Source of the DNA: Rubripirellula sp.
Lineage (GTDB): Bacteria; Planctomycetota; Planctomycetia; Pirellulales; Pirellulaceae
Direction of reading: 5' to 3'
Length of the DNA: 64,000 bases
NCBI GenBank assembly: GCA_965216875.1
Contig: OZ244207.1
Coordinates: 2,656,001-2,720,000 of the forward strand
The position numbers were made by a program, and so were the translations under genes. Below the pieces are notes generated by a model. It was not told where the DNA came from and did not search any database. It saw only the letters and a list, made by a program, of their open reading frames with translations. This document shows, in pieces, positions 56,840 to 64,000 of the stretch. The number at the start of each line of letters is the position of its first letter. Position 1 is the first letter of the stretch.

Positions 56840-58591
56840 TCACCCAAACTCAAAGAAGGTCTGTGTTTGCCCAGAGGGGGCGGTTTGAAATTGCGCGGGC
56901 ACTTGCACAAGCGGAGCCGCCTCGATCAGTGACGGCTCGGCTCGCATGTAATGGGCGTCGTTGACGTCGCGCGCAGCATGACCGAGAACCCAGCGGCCGA
57001 GGTCCTCACCCATCCCCGCACGCGTCCAACGAATGTTGGCGGTCGATCGAAGATGTTGTCGCCTAACATGCTCGAGGCCTGCTTGTGAGACGATCTTGGA
57101 CCACTCGTCGCGAAACCGATGCCCTTTGCTGTCCGTCCATTGAAAGAGGTTGCCACCGCGGCGACGAAGCAGCTCGTCGACGTGGATCCGGACGCATGGC
57201 GGAAGCGGCACGATCAAACGCGATCGCTTTTTGCGTTTCGTCTTGGTTGGCTGATAGATGAGCCAACCGTGATCGCTCGATCGGACACTGCGAGCCACTG
57301 GCGATTCAGGCTGCAGCCGAAAGTTGTCGGCCGACAACGTCGCGCAGTCGTTTACCCGTGGACCAAGCACCGAGCCGATCACCAGGAAGGTGCGCCACTG
57401 CAGTTGGGGCACCTCGCTTGGCCAGGCTGCCACCTCGCACGCGTCGTAGATGCGGCCGATCTGCTCATCGGTGACGTCCGCCGGCCCGCCGGCATCTTCG
57501 TCGCCGAGCTGCTCGACCAGGTCGCTTAGAGGCGACATGGCCGGCACGCGTGGAAGCAAGCAGAGTGCGGACGGGTTGCCCGATTCACGGGGACCAACCT
57601 TTCGCAGAATTGCTCTGATCTTCTTCCACTGCTTGCCGGCCGAGTCGATCGACAATTGCGCCCCATTGTCCGCCATTAACCAGACGCCGAACTCATTCAG
57701 GATCGAGTCCGAAATCTGAGAAACTGGGAGGGTTGCGGCGGTTTGCTGGGGCAAAGTTTGCGCGCGAGTACTTCTAGTACTCGCGCGCTGCTCAAGGAAT
57801 CGTTCCCAGTGATCAAGCGCTGTGAAGTACTGCGTTGTCGTAGATCTCGCCCTTGCGCGAAAGATGAGAGGGTGCAAGTGTTCGAGGAAACAATCACGTA
57901 GCGTGATGTCCATCGGATCGGACTCGTCGCCCGGGTCATACATTCGAAGTGCGGCGGTCACGTTGGGATCCTCCCAGCTCGAGGCAATCGCGTCGGATGC
58001 TGGGACCATCCAACTAAACAGAAACAACAGTGCTGCCGCGCGGGTGAGAGCTTGCAGACGCTTGATTGCGTCGCGTCGATCAGATTGCCTGTTGGTTTCG
58101 CTGATAGCGACCGAGACGCGAGATTCGCTGACTTTGAGTTGCTTGCCGACGTCTTTCATCGAGTGGCCTTCGCACCGCAATAGGATTGCCCGAACTGCCA
58201 ACGATTCGGTTGCACACTTCCGCTTCAGTTCTTCCCATTCGATTGCGCCAAGATCATCGTGGCTATCTTCGATCTGAACGCAGTGCCTACCGTTCTCGTC
58301 AACCATTGAGTCGAGAGACCCAGCGAAGTCATCGACCCGTCTCGGCTTGCCGTGTCGCGTATCGTGTCCGTGCTTTCTCCAGAGATCCTTCGCTCGCAGT
58401 GGCAATACGCGCCAGATGTACGTTTTCCATTGAGCTTTGTCGGGGTCGAATCGCAATGCCAACCGCCAAACCTCCATCCTTAGTTCTTGCTCGATGTCGT
58501 GGATATCCAGGGCACCGATCTTCCGCGCTCGCGAGGCCAAGGTCAGCACGCACTTTTCAGCCTGCGCCAACAACTCGTCGACGTCGTTCAT
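56840..58591 (-). CDS. Sigma-70-like factor / tyrosine recombinase fusion protein
   Basis: N-term region 2 (RFDPDK.QWKTY...RAKD.WR), SLD, region 4 (SMKDVGKQLKVSESRVS); C-term LGPR, TKT, QHLRST, LGH, HY. Confidence 0.8.
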   Translation of the reverse strand: MNDVDELLAQAEKCVLTLASRARKIGALDIHDIEQELRMEVWRLALRFDPDKAQWKTYIWRVLPLRAKDLWRKHGHDTRHGKPRRVDDFAGSLDSMVDENGRHCVQIEDSHDDLGAIEWEELKRKCATESLAVRAILLRCEGHSMKDVGKQLKVSESRVSVAISETNRQSDRRDAIKRLQALTRAAALLFLFSWMVPASDAIASSWEDPNVTAALRMYDPGDESDPMDITLRDCFLEHLHPLIFRARARSTTTQYFTALDHWERFLEQRASTRSTRAQTLPQQTAATLPVSQISDSILNEFGVWLMADNGAQLSIDSAGKQWKKIRAILRKVGPRESGNPSALCLLPRVPAMSPLSDLVEQLGDEDAGGPADVTDEQIGRIYDACEVAAWPSEVPQLQWRTFLVIGSVLGPRVNDCATLSADNFRLQPESPVARSVRSSDHGWLIYQPTKTKRKKRSRLIVPLPPCVRIHVDELLRRRGGNLFQWTDSKGHRFRDEWSKIVSQAGLEHVRRQHLRSTANIRWTRAGMGEDLGRWVLGHAARDVNDAHYMRAEPSLIEAAPLVQVPAQFQTAPSGQTQTFFEFG

Positions 58592-58866
58592 CGCTTGGCA
58601 CCTCGCAGAACGGCCGAAACGATCGCCTTTGCCTCGGCCGGGTTTCCGTGGAAACGATCGCCAAGCGCTTCGACGATCTCCGCTGCGACTTTGTCGACGT
58701 GGTTACTCGCCGCGTTCACGCCGATCGGCTGATTTCCACGCGATCGCAATACCAGCACGTTCTTTGGGGCAAATACCCCAATCCGTGCTCGGTCGAAAAA
58801 GAGCACTCTTGTATCGTGTCCGATATGAACGAAATGGCCGGCCTGACCCGTAAGGCGTAACATCAT
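58588..58866 (-). CDS. CsrA-like RNA-binding protein with helical extension
   Basis: ML.LT...G..V.IG.D..V......RIG..AP..V.V.R; AAGGAG SD. Confidence 0.65.
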   Translation of the reverse strand: MMLRLTGQAGHFVHIGHDTRVLFFDRARIGVFAPKNVLVLRSRGNQPIGVNAASNHVDKVAAEIVEALGDRFHGNPAEAKAIVSAVLRGAKR

Positions 58867-58940
58867 CTCTCCTTGATGGGCCGCCGGCCGCTCACTCCTG
58901 CGGGGCACTAGCAGGAGCGAGCAAGCCGGAGGCTACGCGG

Positions 58941-59192
58941 TTAGAAATACTGCGTGACACCTTCCATTGATGGCCGGCGTCGGTTCCGTTTGGTTGCTGG
59001 AGCAGGTGTTCTCCGCTCCATAAACCGTTCGATCTCTTTTCGATCGATCCTGTACCGGGCGACTTTCTTTCCGCGCCCAACGTTGCTCGCTTTCAGAGAG
59101 CGATCCATGATCAATGCGCGAACGTGGTCAACGCTCATGCCCATGATCAAAGCTGCTTCCTTCGGCGTGACATACCTCTTTGATTCCAACAT
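58941..59192 (-). CDS. xis: Excisionase-family HTH (HTH_17)
   Basis: YVTPKEAA..MGMS...V..LI....LKA......YRI....IERF; next to attR. Confidence 0.8.
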   Translation of the reverse strand: MLESKRYVTPKEAALIMGMSVDHVRALIMDRSLKASNVGRGKKVARYRIDRKEIERFMERRTPAPATKRNRRRPSMEGVTQYF

Positions 59193-59207
59193 CACCTGTC
59201 TCCCAAT

Positions 59208-59252
59208 AAAAAAGACCGACAGCCTGCGATGCGACGCGCAAGCTGCCGGTCT
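59208..59252 (-). terminator. Leader terminator directly upstream of xis
   Basis: GACCGGCAGCTTGCG-loop-CGCAGGCTGTCGGTC + T-run; G-U pairs fit minus strand. Confidence 0.6.
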
Positions 59253-59485
59253 CTCGGTCGAGGTGACCAATGCTGGAATTGTGTGTCGCATTTCGGCGTG
59301 AATCCTAGGCCTGAAAAGGACTCACGCAACAAGCTTTTCAACGATCAAAAACGGATTGTGCTGACACAGCACTAGCACGACATTGAAACAGCATTCGCAC
59401 GACAGAAAAACTAATTTGCCAGAACCCAGATTGGGTCAAGCCGGATGAACTAGCAACGATTGGAGCCGGTGAACTCAACTGGAGT

Positions 59486-59507
59486 TGGTCACACTCCTGG
59501 TCACAAA
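59486..59507 (+). promoter_or_regulatory. Putative integrase arm-type sites (2x TGGTCACA)
   Basis: Matches tandem at 21371-21392 with same 12-bp period. Confidence 0.7.
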
Positions 59508-59606
59508 ACCGACATTGAATCGTTAACAACGACGCGCAGTACGAATCGCAAAAACAGCTGGCGCTTTGAAACGACATCGCCAGCGCATCGCCACGACAAA
59601 GCAGCT

Positions 59607-59655
59607 GGATTGTGGTTCCGAAAGTCGGGGGTTCGAATCCCCTCAGCCACCCTTG
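59607..59655 (+). repeat. attR core (duplicated 3' part of tRNA-His)
   Basis: 49-bp identity to 21278-21326. Confidence 0.95.
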
Positions 59656-59668
59656 GATTTACCTAATT

Positions 59669-59699
59669 CCGCCCATTCACCCGAGTGGGCGGTTTTTTT
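59669..59699 (+). terminator. Displaced native tRNA-His terminator
   Basis: CCGCCCATTC-accc-GAGTGGGCGG + T7 just after attR. Confidence 0.8.
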
Positions 59700-59746
59700 A
59701 TGCGCCGCGCTGATCTTCTGAAAACGCGGCGCGGCTGTTCACTCGG

Positions 59747-60268
59747 TTAGCCATCGACGCTGTACTCGATTTGGGTGAACCCACCCAGCTCCGTGGCTGA
59801 CGTCTGGGTGAGGTAAAGATGCTTCGGCAAGACATCGACCAGCGGGCAACCTTCGAACAGGAGGATCGGCATCACCGCGACGCTCAAATGAGTCAGACGA
59901 CCAGCCTGAATCAACGCGTTCACCAACTTGCCACCGCCGACAACCCAGAGTTTCTGCAGGCCCATCTGCTCAGCCGCCTCAATCGCCTTGACCAAGTCTT
60001 GCTCTGGCTGCAAGTCGCATCCTTCCATCAACGGAACTTCTTGACGGCTGCAAACCCAAGTGGGCTTGTTTTCGTAAGGCCATTGTCCGTAGTCAAACAC
60101 AAAATCGAAGGTCTTTCGCCCCATCAGCAATCCGTCGACGCTGTTGAAAAACGACTGGTAGCTTGCGGTGTCGGGTCTGATTCGAATCTTCTCCAACCAA
60201 TCAACGCCGTCATCCGAGTCCGCGATGAATCCATCCAAGCTCGAGGCAACGTAGTAAACGATCTTCAT
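59747..60268 (-). CDS. Dihydrofolate reductase/RibD C-terminal family protein
   Basis: YVASSLDGFIAD, LMGRKTF, WVVGGG. Confidence 0.88.
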   Translation of the reverse strand: MKIVYYVASSLDGFIADSDDGVDWLEKIRIRPDTASYQSFFNSVDGLLMGRKTFDFVFDYGQWPYENKPTWVCSRQEVPLMEGCDLQPEQDLVKAIEAAEQMGLQKLWVVGGGKLVNALIQAGRLTHLSVAVMPILLFEGCPLVDVLPKHLYLTQTSATELGGFTQIEYSVDG

Positions 60269-60431
60269 ACTGTCGCGAATCCTTTGTCGTGAGCCGAATG
60301 CGCTAGCATTGGGTCCTACAGCATTTCGGGGCCCTAAAACACATCGGGCCCCACAGCGTTTCTGACCCTACACGGGCGATGTCTTGAATTGTCTGCGGCT
60401 AGCGGCTTGCCGCTCACCTGTGGGACCATCT

Positions 60432-60842
60432 CTATTCCAGCAGCCATTTCATCGCTTCTTCGCTGCTGTTGAAGACTCGAAAATTGAATCCTCGGTTCTT
60501 CGAATAGGTTTCCCAAAACCTTGCAGCGTCCGGGCGTGAAGTGCCATCTACAATTGCGACTTGAAGCGTGCGGATGTCTCCGCTCGCCTCATCGGCTCCC
60601 ATTTCAGAGTCATACATATTGACGACTTCAACTTGGTCAAACGTCCCGGTGGGAAAGGTGAGCTTGCGAACGTCAATCAACACACGTGGCTTTTTCTCGG
60701 CGACGATTTGCTCGTAATAGCGATGTTGAAGCTGTCGGTACTCGTCGCGTGATTGGAGATTGCCGCTTGCAACGATGTGACAGATCAATTCGTGCGGAAG
60801 AATCTGTAGTTGCAAGTCCACGGAAATCTCCCCGTCTATCAA
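60432..60842 (-). CDS. Hypothetical protein (SpoIIAA/STAS-like); start possibly GTG 60821
   Basis: VLIDVR, FWET...NRG...RVF.S.EEA..WL. Confidence 0.6.
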   Translation of the reverse strand: MIDGEISVDLQLQILPHELICHIVASGNLQSRDEYRQLQHRYYEQIVAEKKPRVLIDVRKLTFPTGTFDQVEVVNMYDSEMGADEASGDIRTLQVAIVDGTSRPDAARFWETYSKNRGFNFRVFNSSEEAMKWLLE

Positions 60843-61861
60843 AACCCGCGTTGCAGTCCGGGAGTGATGTCGAGATCCAACGGTGCAAATTCGTTGCGTT
60901 TGATCTTTTCCAACGCAATCGCTCCCATCACAGCGTTGTCGGTGCAGAGATTCATTGGAGCGATCACAAGCTCAAAACCGTTTCTCTCGGCCTCTTTCTC
61001 TAGTTCGCCACGAAAGTAGCGATTCGCAGCAACACCGCCGCCAACGATCAAACGCCCACTGCTGTATTGGTTGACAGCCCGAACGCTCTTTCCAACCAAG
61101 ACGTCGACGACCGCTGCTTCGAACGAAGCGCACAGATCGGCCTTTTCCTGGTCTGGCATCTCCACTTTCGAAAAGTCCTGCTGGCCGGGACCGACGATGG
61201 CGTAGCGCACGGCAGTCTTGAGACCGCTGAAACTGAAATCGAAGTGATCCTCGTGAAGCATCGAGCGAGGGAACGCGTGAGCTTTTCGGTCGCCGCCCGC
61301 AGCCAGCTTCGAAACGGCCGGCCCGCCGGGAAATCCAAGCTGGAGCATCGCCGCGACCTTATCGAATGCTTCGCCGGCAGCATCGTCGATCGTCCCGCCG
61401 AGGTATTCCAAATCAAGTGGCGACACACAGTGATACAAGCTGGTGTGCCCACCGGATACCACCAGCCCAGTACAGGGGTAGACCGGGTGATCGCTGGCAA
61501 GCTGACAAGCATAAAGATGAGCGTGCAAATGGTTCACGGCGACGAGAGGTTTTTGCCAAGCGATCGCGAGCGTTTTGGCCGCGACCAAACCGACCAACAG
61601 TGAACCAGCCAACCCCGGACGGTCCGCGACCGCGATGGCACTCAAGTCGTCACGTCCGATCTGTGCCTTTTCAATCGCCGTATCGATCACGGGAAGGATT
61701 CTCTCGAGGTGGGCGCGAGCGGCTACCTCGGGGACAACGCCACGGAATTGTTCGTGCAAAGACTCCTGAGTCGCAACGCATTGGCCCAAAACAGCACCAT
61801 CTTCGCTAATTACGGCAGCTGCAGTCTCGTCGCAGGTCGATTCGATAGTTAGTATTGGCAT
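60839..61861 (-). CDS. tsaD: tRNA N6-adenosine threonylcarbamoyltransferase
   Basis: IESTCDET, GVVPEVAARAH, NHLHAH, VSGGHT, DDAAGEAFDK, FSFSGLKT, CTDNAVM. Confidence 0.96.
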   Translation of the reverse strand: MPILTIESTCDETAAAVISEDGAVLGQCVATQESLHEQFRGVVPEVAARAHLERILPVIDTAIEKAQIGRDDLSAIAVADRPGLAGSLLVGLVAAKTLAIAWQKPLVAVNHLHAHLYACQLASDHPVYPCTGLVVSGGHTSLYHCVSPLDLEYLGGTIDDAAGEAFDKVAAMLQLGFPGGPAVSKLAAGGDRKAHAFPRSMLHEDHFDFSFSGLKTAVRYAIVGPGQQDFSKVEMPDQEKADLCASFEAAVVDVLVGKSVRAVNQYSSGRLIVGGGVAANRYFRGELEKEAERNGFELVIAPMNLCTDNAVMGAIALEKIKRNEFAPLDLDITPGLQRGF

Positions 61862-62101
61862 CGCCTGACTTTGCCCTATTTTGCTGCCGAGCAAAAGGGC
61901 GGGCCTATTCCATCATTCGATTTTTCGGCCAATCGCCGGCAACCAATCCTCCGCTCCATTCCATCCTCCCGTTGAAGCGTCCGACGCGTTGACCGCACAG
62001 TCGTCATTCAACTCAGACATTGGAAAGTGCGAAGGGCAAGGTGCTGTGGCGGGCCCCCATCCGAGATGCCGACCTTCCATTCGAGCTTTCCCGACCTTCG
62101 C

Positions 62102-64000
62102 ATGATCTCGAGCCCTCCTCGACTCGCAATTGTGGTCCTATTGGTAGCCGCAACGATCGCGGCGTCTTCCCTCGCCGGTGCCCAGCCGCCAAACGCCGCG
62201 GATGATCAAGCCGAACCCCCACCCAGCACGTCGGTTGGAGTCGTTCCGACTGGTGTGGGGCGGTTCAACCGCGGCCGTTGGGCAGCACTCGCAGTCAACG
62301 GCACCAATCCCACGGCGTCCGACACCGAAGAAGTCATCGCGGTCTACATGGGCGACGACTCGAACCTTCAGTTCTCCAAGACCTTCTGGTTGCCAGCTGG
62401 CGCGAAGCGAAAAACTTGGATGCCAATTCTCGTCCCAGATTCGCTTTCGTCGGATGAGAAATCGGTCATCGCATCGACCATGCGATTACAGCAGACCAAC
62501 GGAACGGAATCATTCACCAACAACAAAGTTGGCATGCCCATCTCGAAGCGTCCCCTGATGCTAACGGACGGCGAAGCCAACACGGCGGTGATCGGCGATT
62601 ACGTACGTCCCAACGATGTCGAGCAAGCGTCGGCCAACAACAAGGCCGTCTCCAAAATGCTTCTGATCGGTCGCGACAAGGTTGTGCGTTCGCCAATCGA
62701 TCTCGGCTTGATTGACTTGCGTCAAGACTTTCTTCCGCCCACGCCCTATGCACTCGATGGGTTGCACCAACTGATCATCGCGAGTGATCGTATCCGCCAA
62801 GACTCAAGCGGGATCGCGAGAATCCGGTCCTGGATTCATCAGGGCGGCCGTGCTTGGATCATGCTCGACCAAGTCGATCCTACGTTCGTTCGGGAGCTGC
62901 TTGGCGATTCGGCCAGCTACACACCGATTGATACGGTCGAGCTAAACGAGTTCACCATCAAGAACCACGCCTCACTGTCGACGCCGGCAAACGAGGAAGT
63001 GTGGAGTCAAGAAGAACCGGCGACGCTCCACCGCGTGATTGTCGAGTCAGCTGAAGTCACTTCATCCGTCGACGGTTGGCCGATTGCCTTCTGGAAACGA
63101 GTTGGAAAAGGTGAAGTCGTCTTCACAACGCTCTCGCATTCCGGATGGGTCGCCGACAACGGTTTCCCCACCGATGCCCATTACCGCTTGGCGGTGCGGT
63201 TCTATCAGGAAGCTGACCCGGTCGAGCGTCAAGCGTGGAAACTCAAGCCAATCCTGGACGACCAAATCGGCTACACCATTCCTGGCCGCGGATTTGCAAC
63301 CGCAGTTCTTGGACTCAACGCAGCCTTGATCTTGCTGGCAGGTATCTGGTGGGCCCGTTCGCGACGGCTCGAACGGATGGCAGCTCTCCTTCCAGTGACA
63401 GCTTTGTTGACCGGAGGCATTCTGATCGGCGCAGGCAACCGGCAAGTCAAAGCCGTTCCGTCCACCGCAGCCACCGGTCAAATCATCCGTGTTGATGGCT
63501 CCATTGGCGAGGTTCACACTTCAAGCGTGTCGGCAATGTACCGGCAATCCGAAGGTGACATGCCAATGGATTCCGCTTATGGCACGATCACGATTCCCGA
63601 AGGTGCCGACGAAGGCAGCCAGCTCAAGCGGCTTCGCTGGAGTGATGAGGGTACGAGCCAATGGTCGGGACTCAAGCAACCGCCGGGCGCCATCCGCTAT
63701 TTCTTCTCCGAGTCGGTCGCGGCGCTCGAAAGCCCCATGAACGTTCGTGGCACATTCACCGAAGCGGGCTTCACCGGCAGCCTCTTCGGCATGAATGGCG
63801 CCGAGTTGTCGGATGCCTTGGTCCTTTCCGTCCCAGGTATTCCTTCGGCTGCATCGATCAGCACCAACGGTAACTCAACCACCATCCAATCGGGCAATGA
63901 CGATCGTCTCGCCCAAGGTCAATTCGTTCCTGGCGCATTGGTTTCCGACGACCAACGGCTCCGTCAAGAGTTTCTTCGCCAAGTCATCTCGGACCCGGAA
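62102..64000 (+). CDS. Large exported/membrane protein, 3'-truncated by window
   Basis: Read by eye (absent from ORF track as it has no stop): MISSPPRLAIVVLLVAATIAASSLAGA signal peptide, later TM segments near 63.3-63.4 kb. Confidence 0.65.
   Translation, partial: MISSPPRLAIVVLLVAATIAASSLAGAQPPNAADDQAEPPPSTSVGVVPTGVGRFNRGRWAALAVNGTNPTASDTEEVIAVYMGDDSNLQFSKTFWLPAGAKRKTWMPILVPDSLSSDEKSVIASTMRLQQTNGTESFTNNKVGMPISKRPLMLTDGEANTAVIGDYVRPNDVEQASANNKAVSKMLLIGRDKVVRSPIDLGLIDLRQDFLPPTPYALDGLHQLIIASDRIRQDSSGIARIRSWIHQGGRAWIMLDQVDPTFVRELLGDSASYTPIDTVELNEFTIKNHASLSTPANEEVWSQEEPATLHRVIVESAEVTSSVDGWPIAFWKRVGKGEVVFTTLSHSGWVADNGFPTDAHYRLAVRFYQEADPVERQAWKLKPILDDQIGYTIPGRGFATAVLGLNAALILLAGIWWARSRRLERMAALLPVTALLTGGILIGAGNRQVKAVPSTAATGQIIRVDGSIGEVHTSSVSAMYRQSEGDMPMDSAYGTITIPEGADEGSQLKRLRWSDEGTSQWSGLKQPPGAIRYFFSESVAALESPMNVRGTFTEAGFTGSLFGMNGAELSDALVLSVPGIPSAASISTNGNSTTIQSGNDDRLAQGQFVPGALVSDDQRLRQEFLRQVISDPE

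Larger units (their letters stand above)
21278..59655. mobile_element. Integrated prophage (~38.3 kb, lambda-like head, long non-contractile tail inferred)
   Basis: 49-bp att direct repeats, integrase, xis, TerL, portal, S49 protease, capsid, tail tube, tape measure; no sheath gene seen. Confidence 0.93.

Noticed and set aside
59607..59655. Second tRNA-His gene
   Set aside because: Only the 3' part is present; the acceptor 5' strand and D-arm are missing, so it is attR
59460..59666. ORF crossing att as an integration-dependent repressor
   Set aside because: No HTH-like pattern and weak start; the CDQ-CDQ similarity of the opposite ORF 59338-59577 to the Int tail just reflects shared arm sites
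1..64000. CRISPR array or IS transposase
   Set aside because: No regularly spaced repeats or transposase motifs seen

Overview
Planctomycete-like (Pirellulaceae-type; inferred from gene content such as the exosortase-U-like gene) chromosomal window with three parts. (1) 1-21.0 kb is a + strand exopolysaccharide/cell-surface glycan cluster: Wzx flippase, FkbM and SAM methyltransferases, four GT4 glycosyltransferases, DegT aminotransferase plus GNAT, RmlC, deacetylase, Wzc kinase, exosortase, TPR protein and epimerase. (2) 21.3-59.7 kb is an apparently complete ~38.3 kb siphovirus-type prophage integrated in tRNA-His(GTG), bounded by a 49-bp attL/attR direct repeat. (3) 59.7-64 kb holds host genes (DHFR-like, tsaD, a large exported protein cut by the window edge). 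The prophage has unusual regulation. I found no recognisable CI/Cro repressor. It encodes a single-ORF sigma-70/tyrosine-recombinase fusion and a CsrA-like protein. It also has an orphan ParB (no ParA) with at least 8 dispersed copies of a parS-like palindrome GTTTCCGCGGAAAC, leader terminators in front of its operons, and a structured candidate sRNA antisense to the int leader. A signal-peptide trypsin protease sits where lysis genes are expected, and a tail-fibre/beta-helix cassette lies on the opposite strand. All calls come from motif reading by eye, with no database searches.
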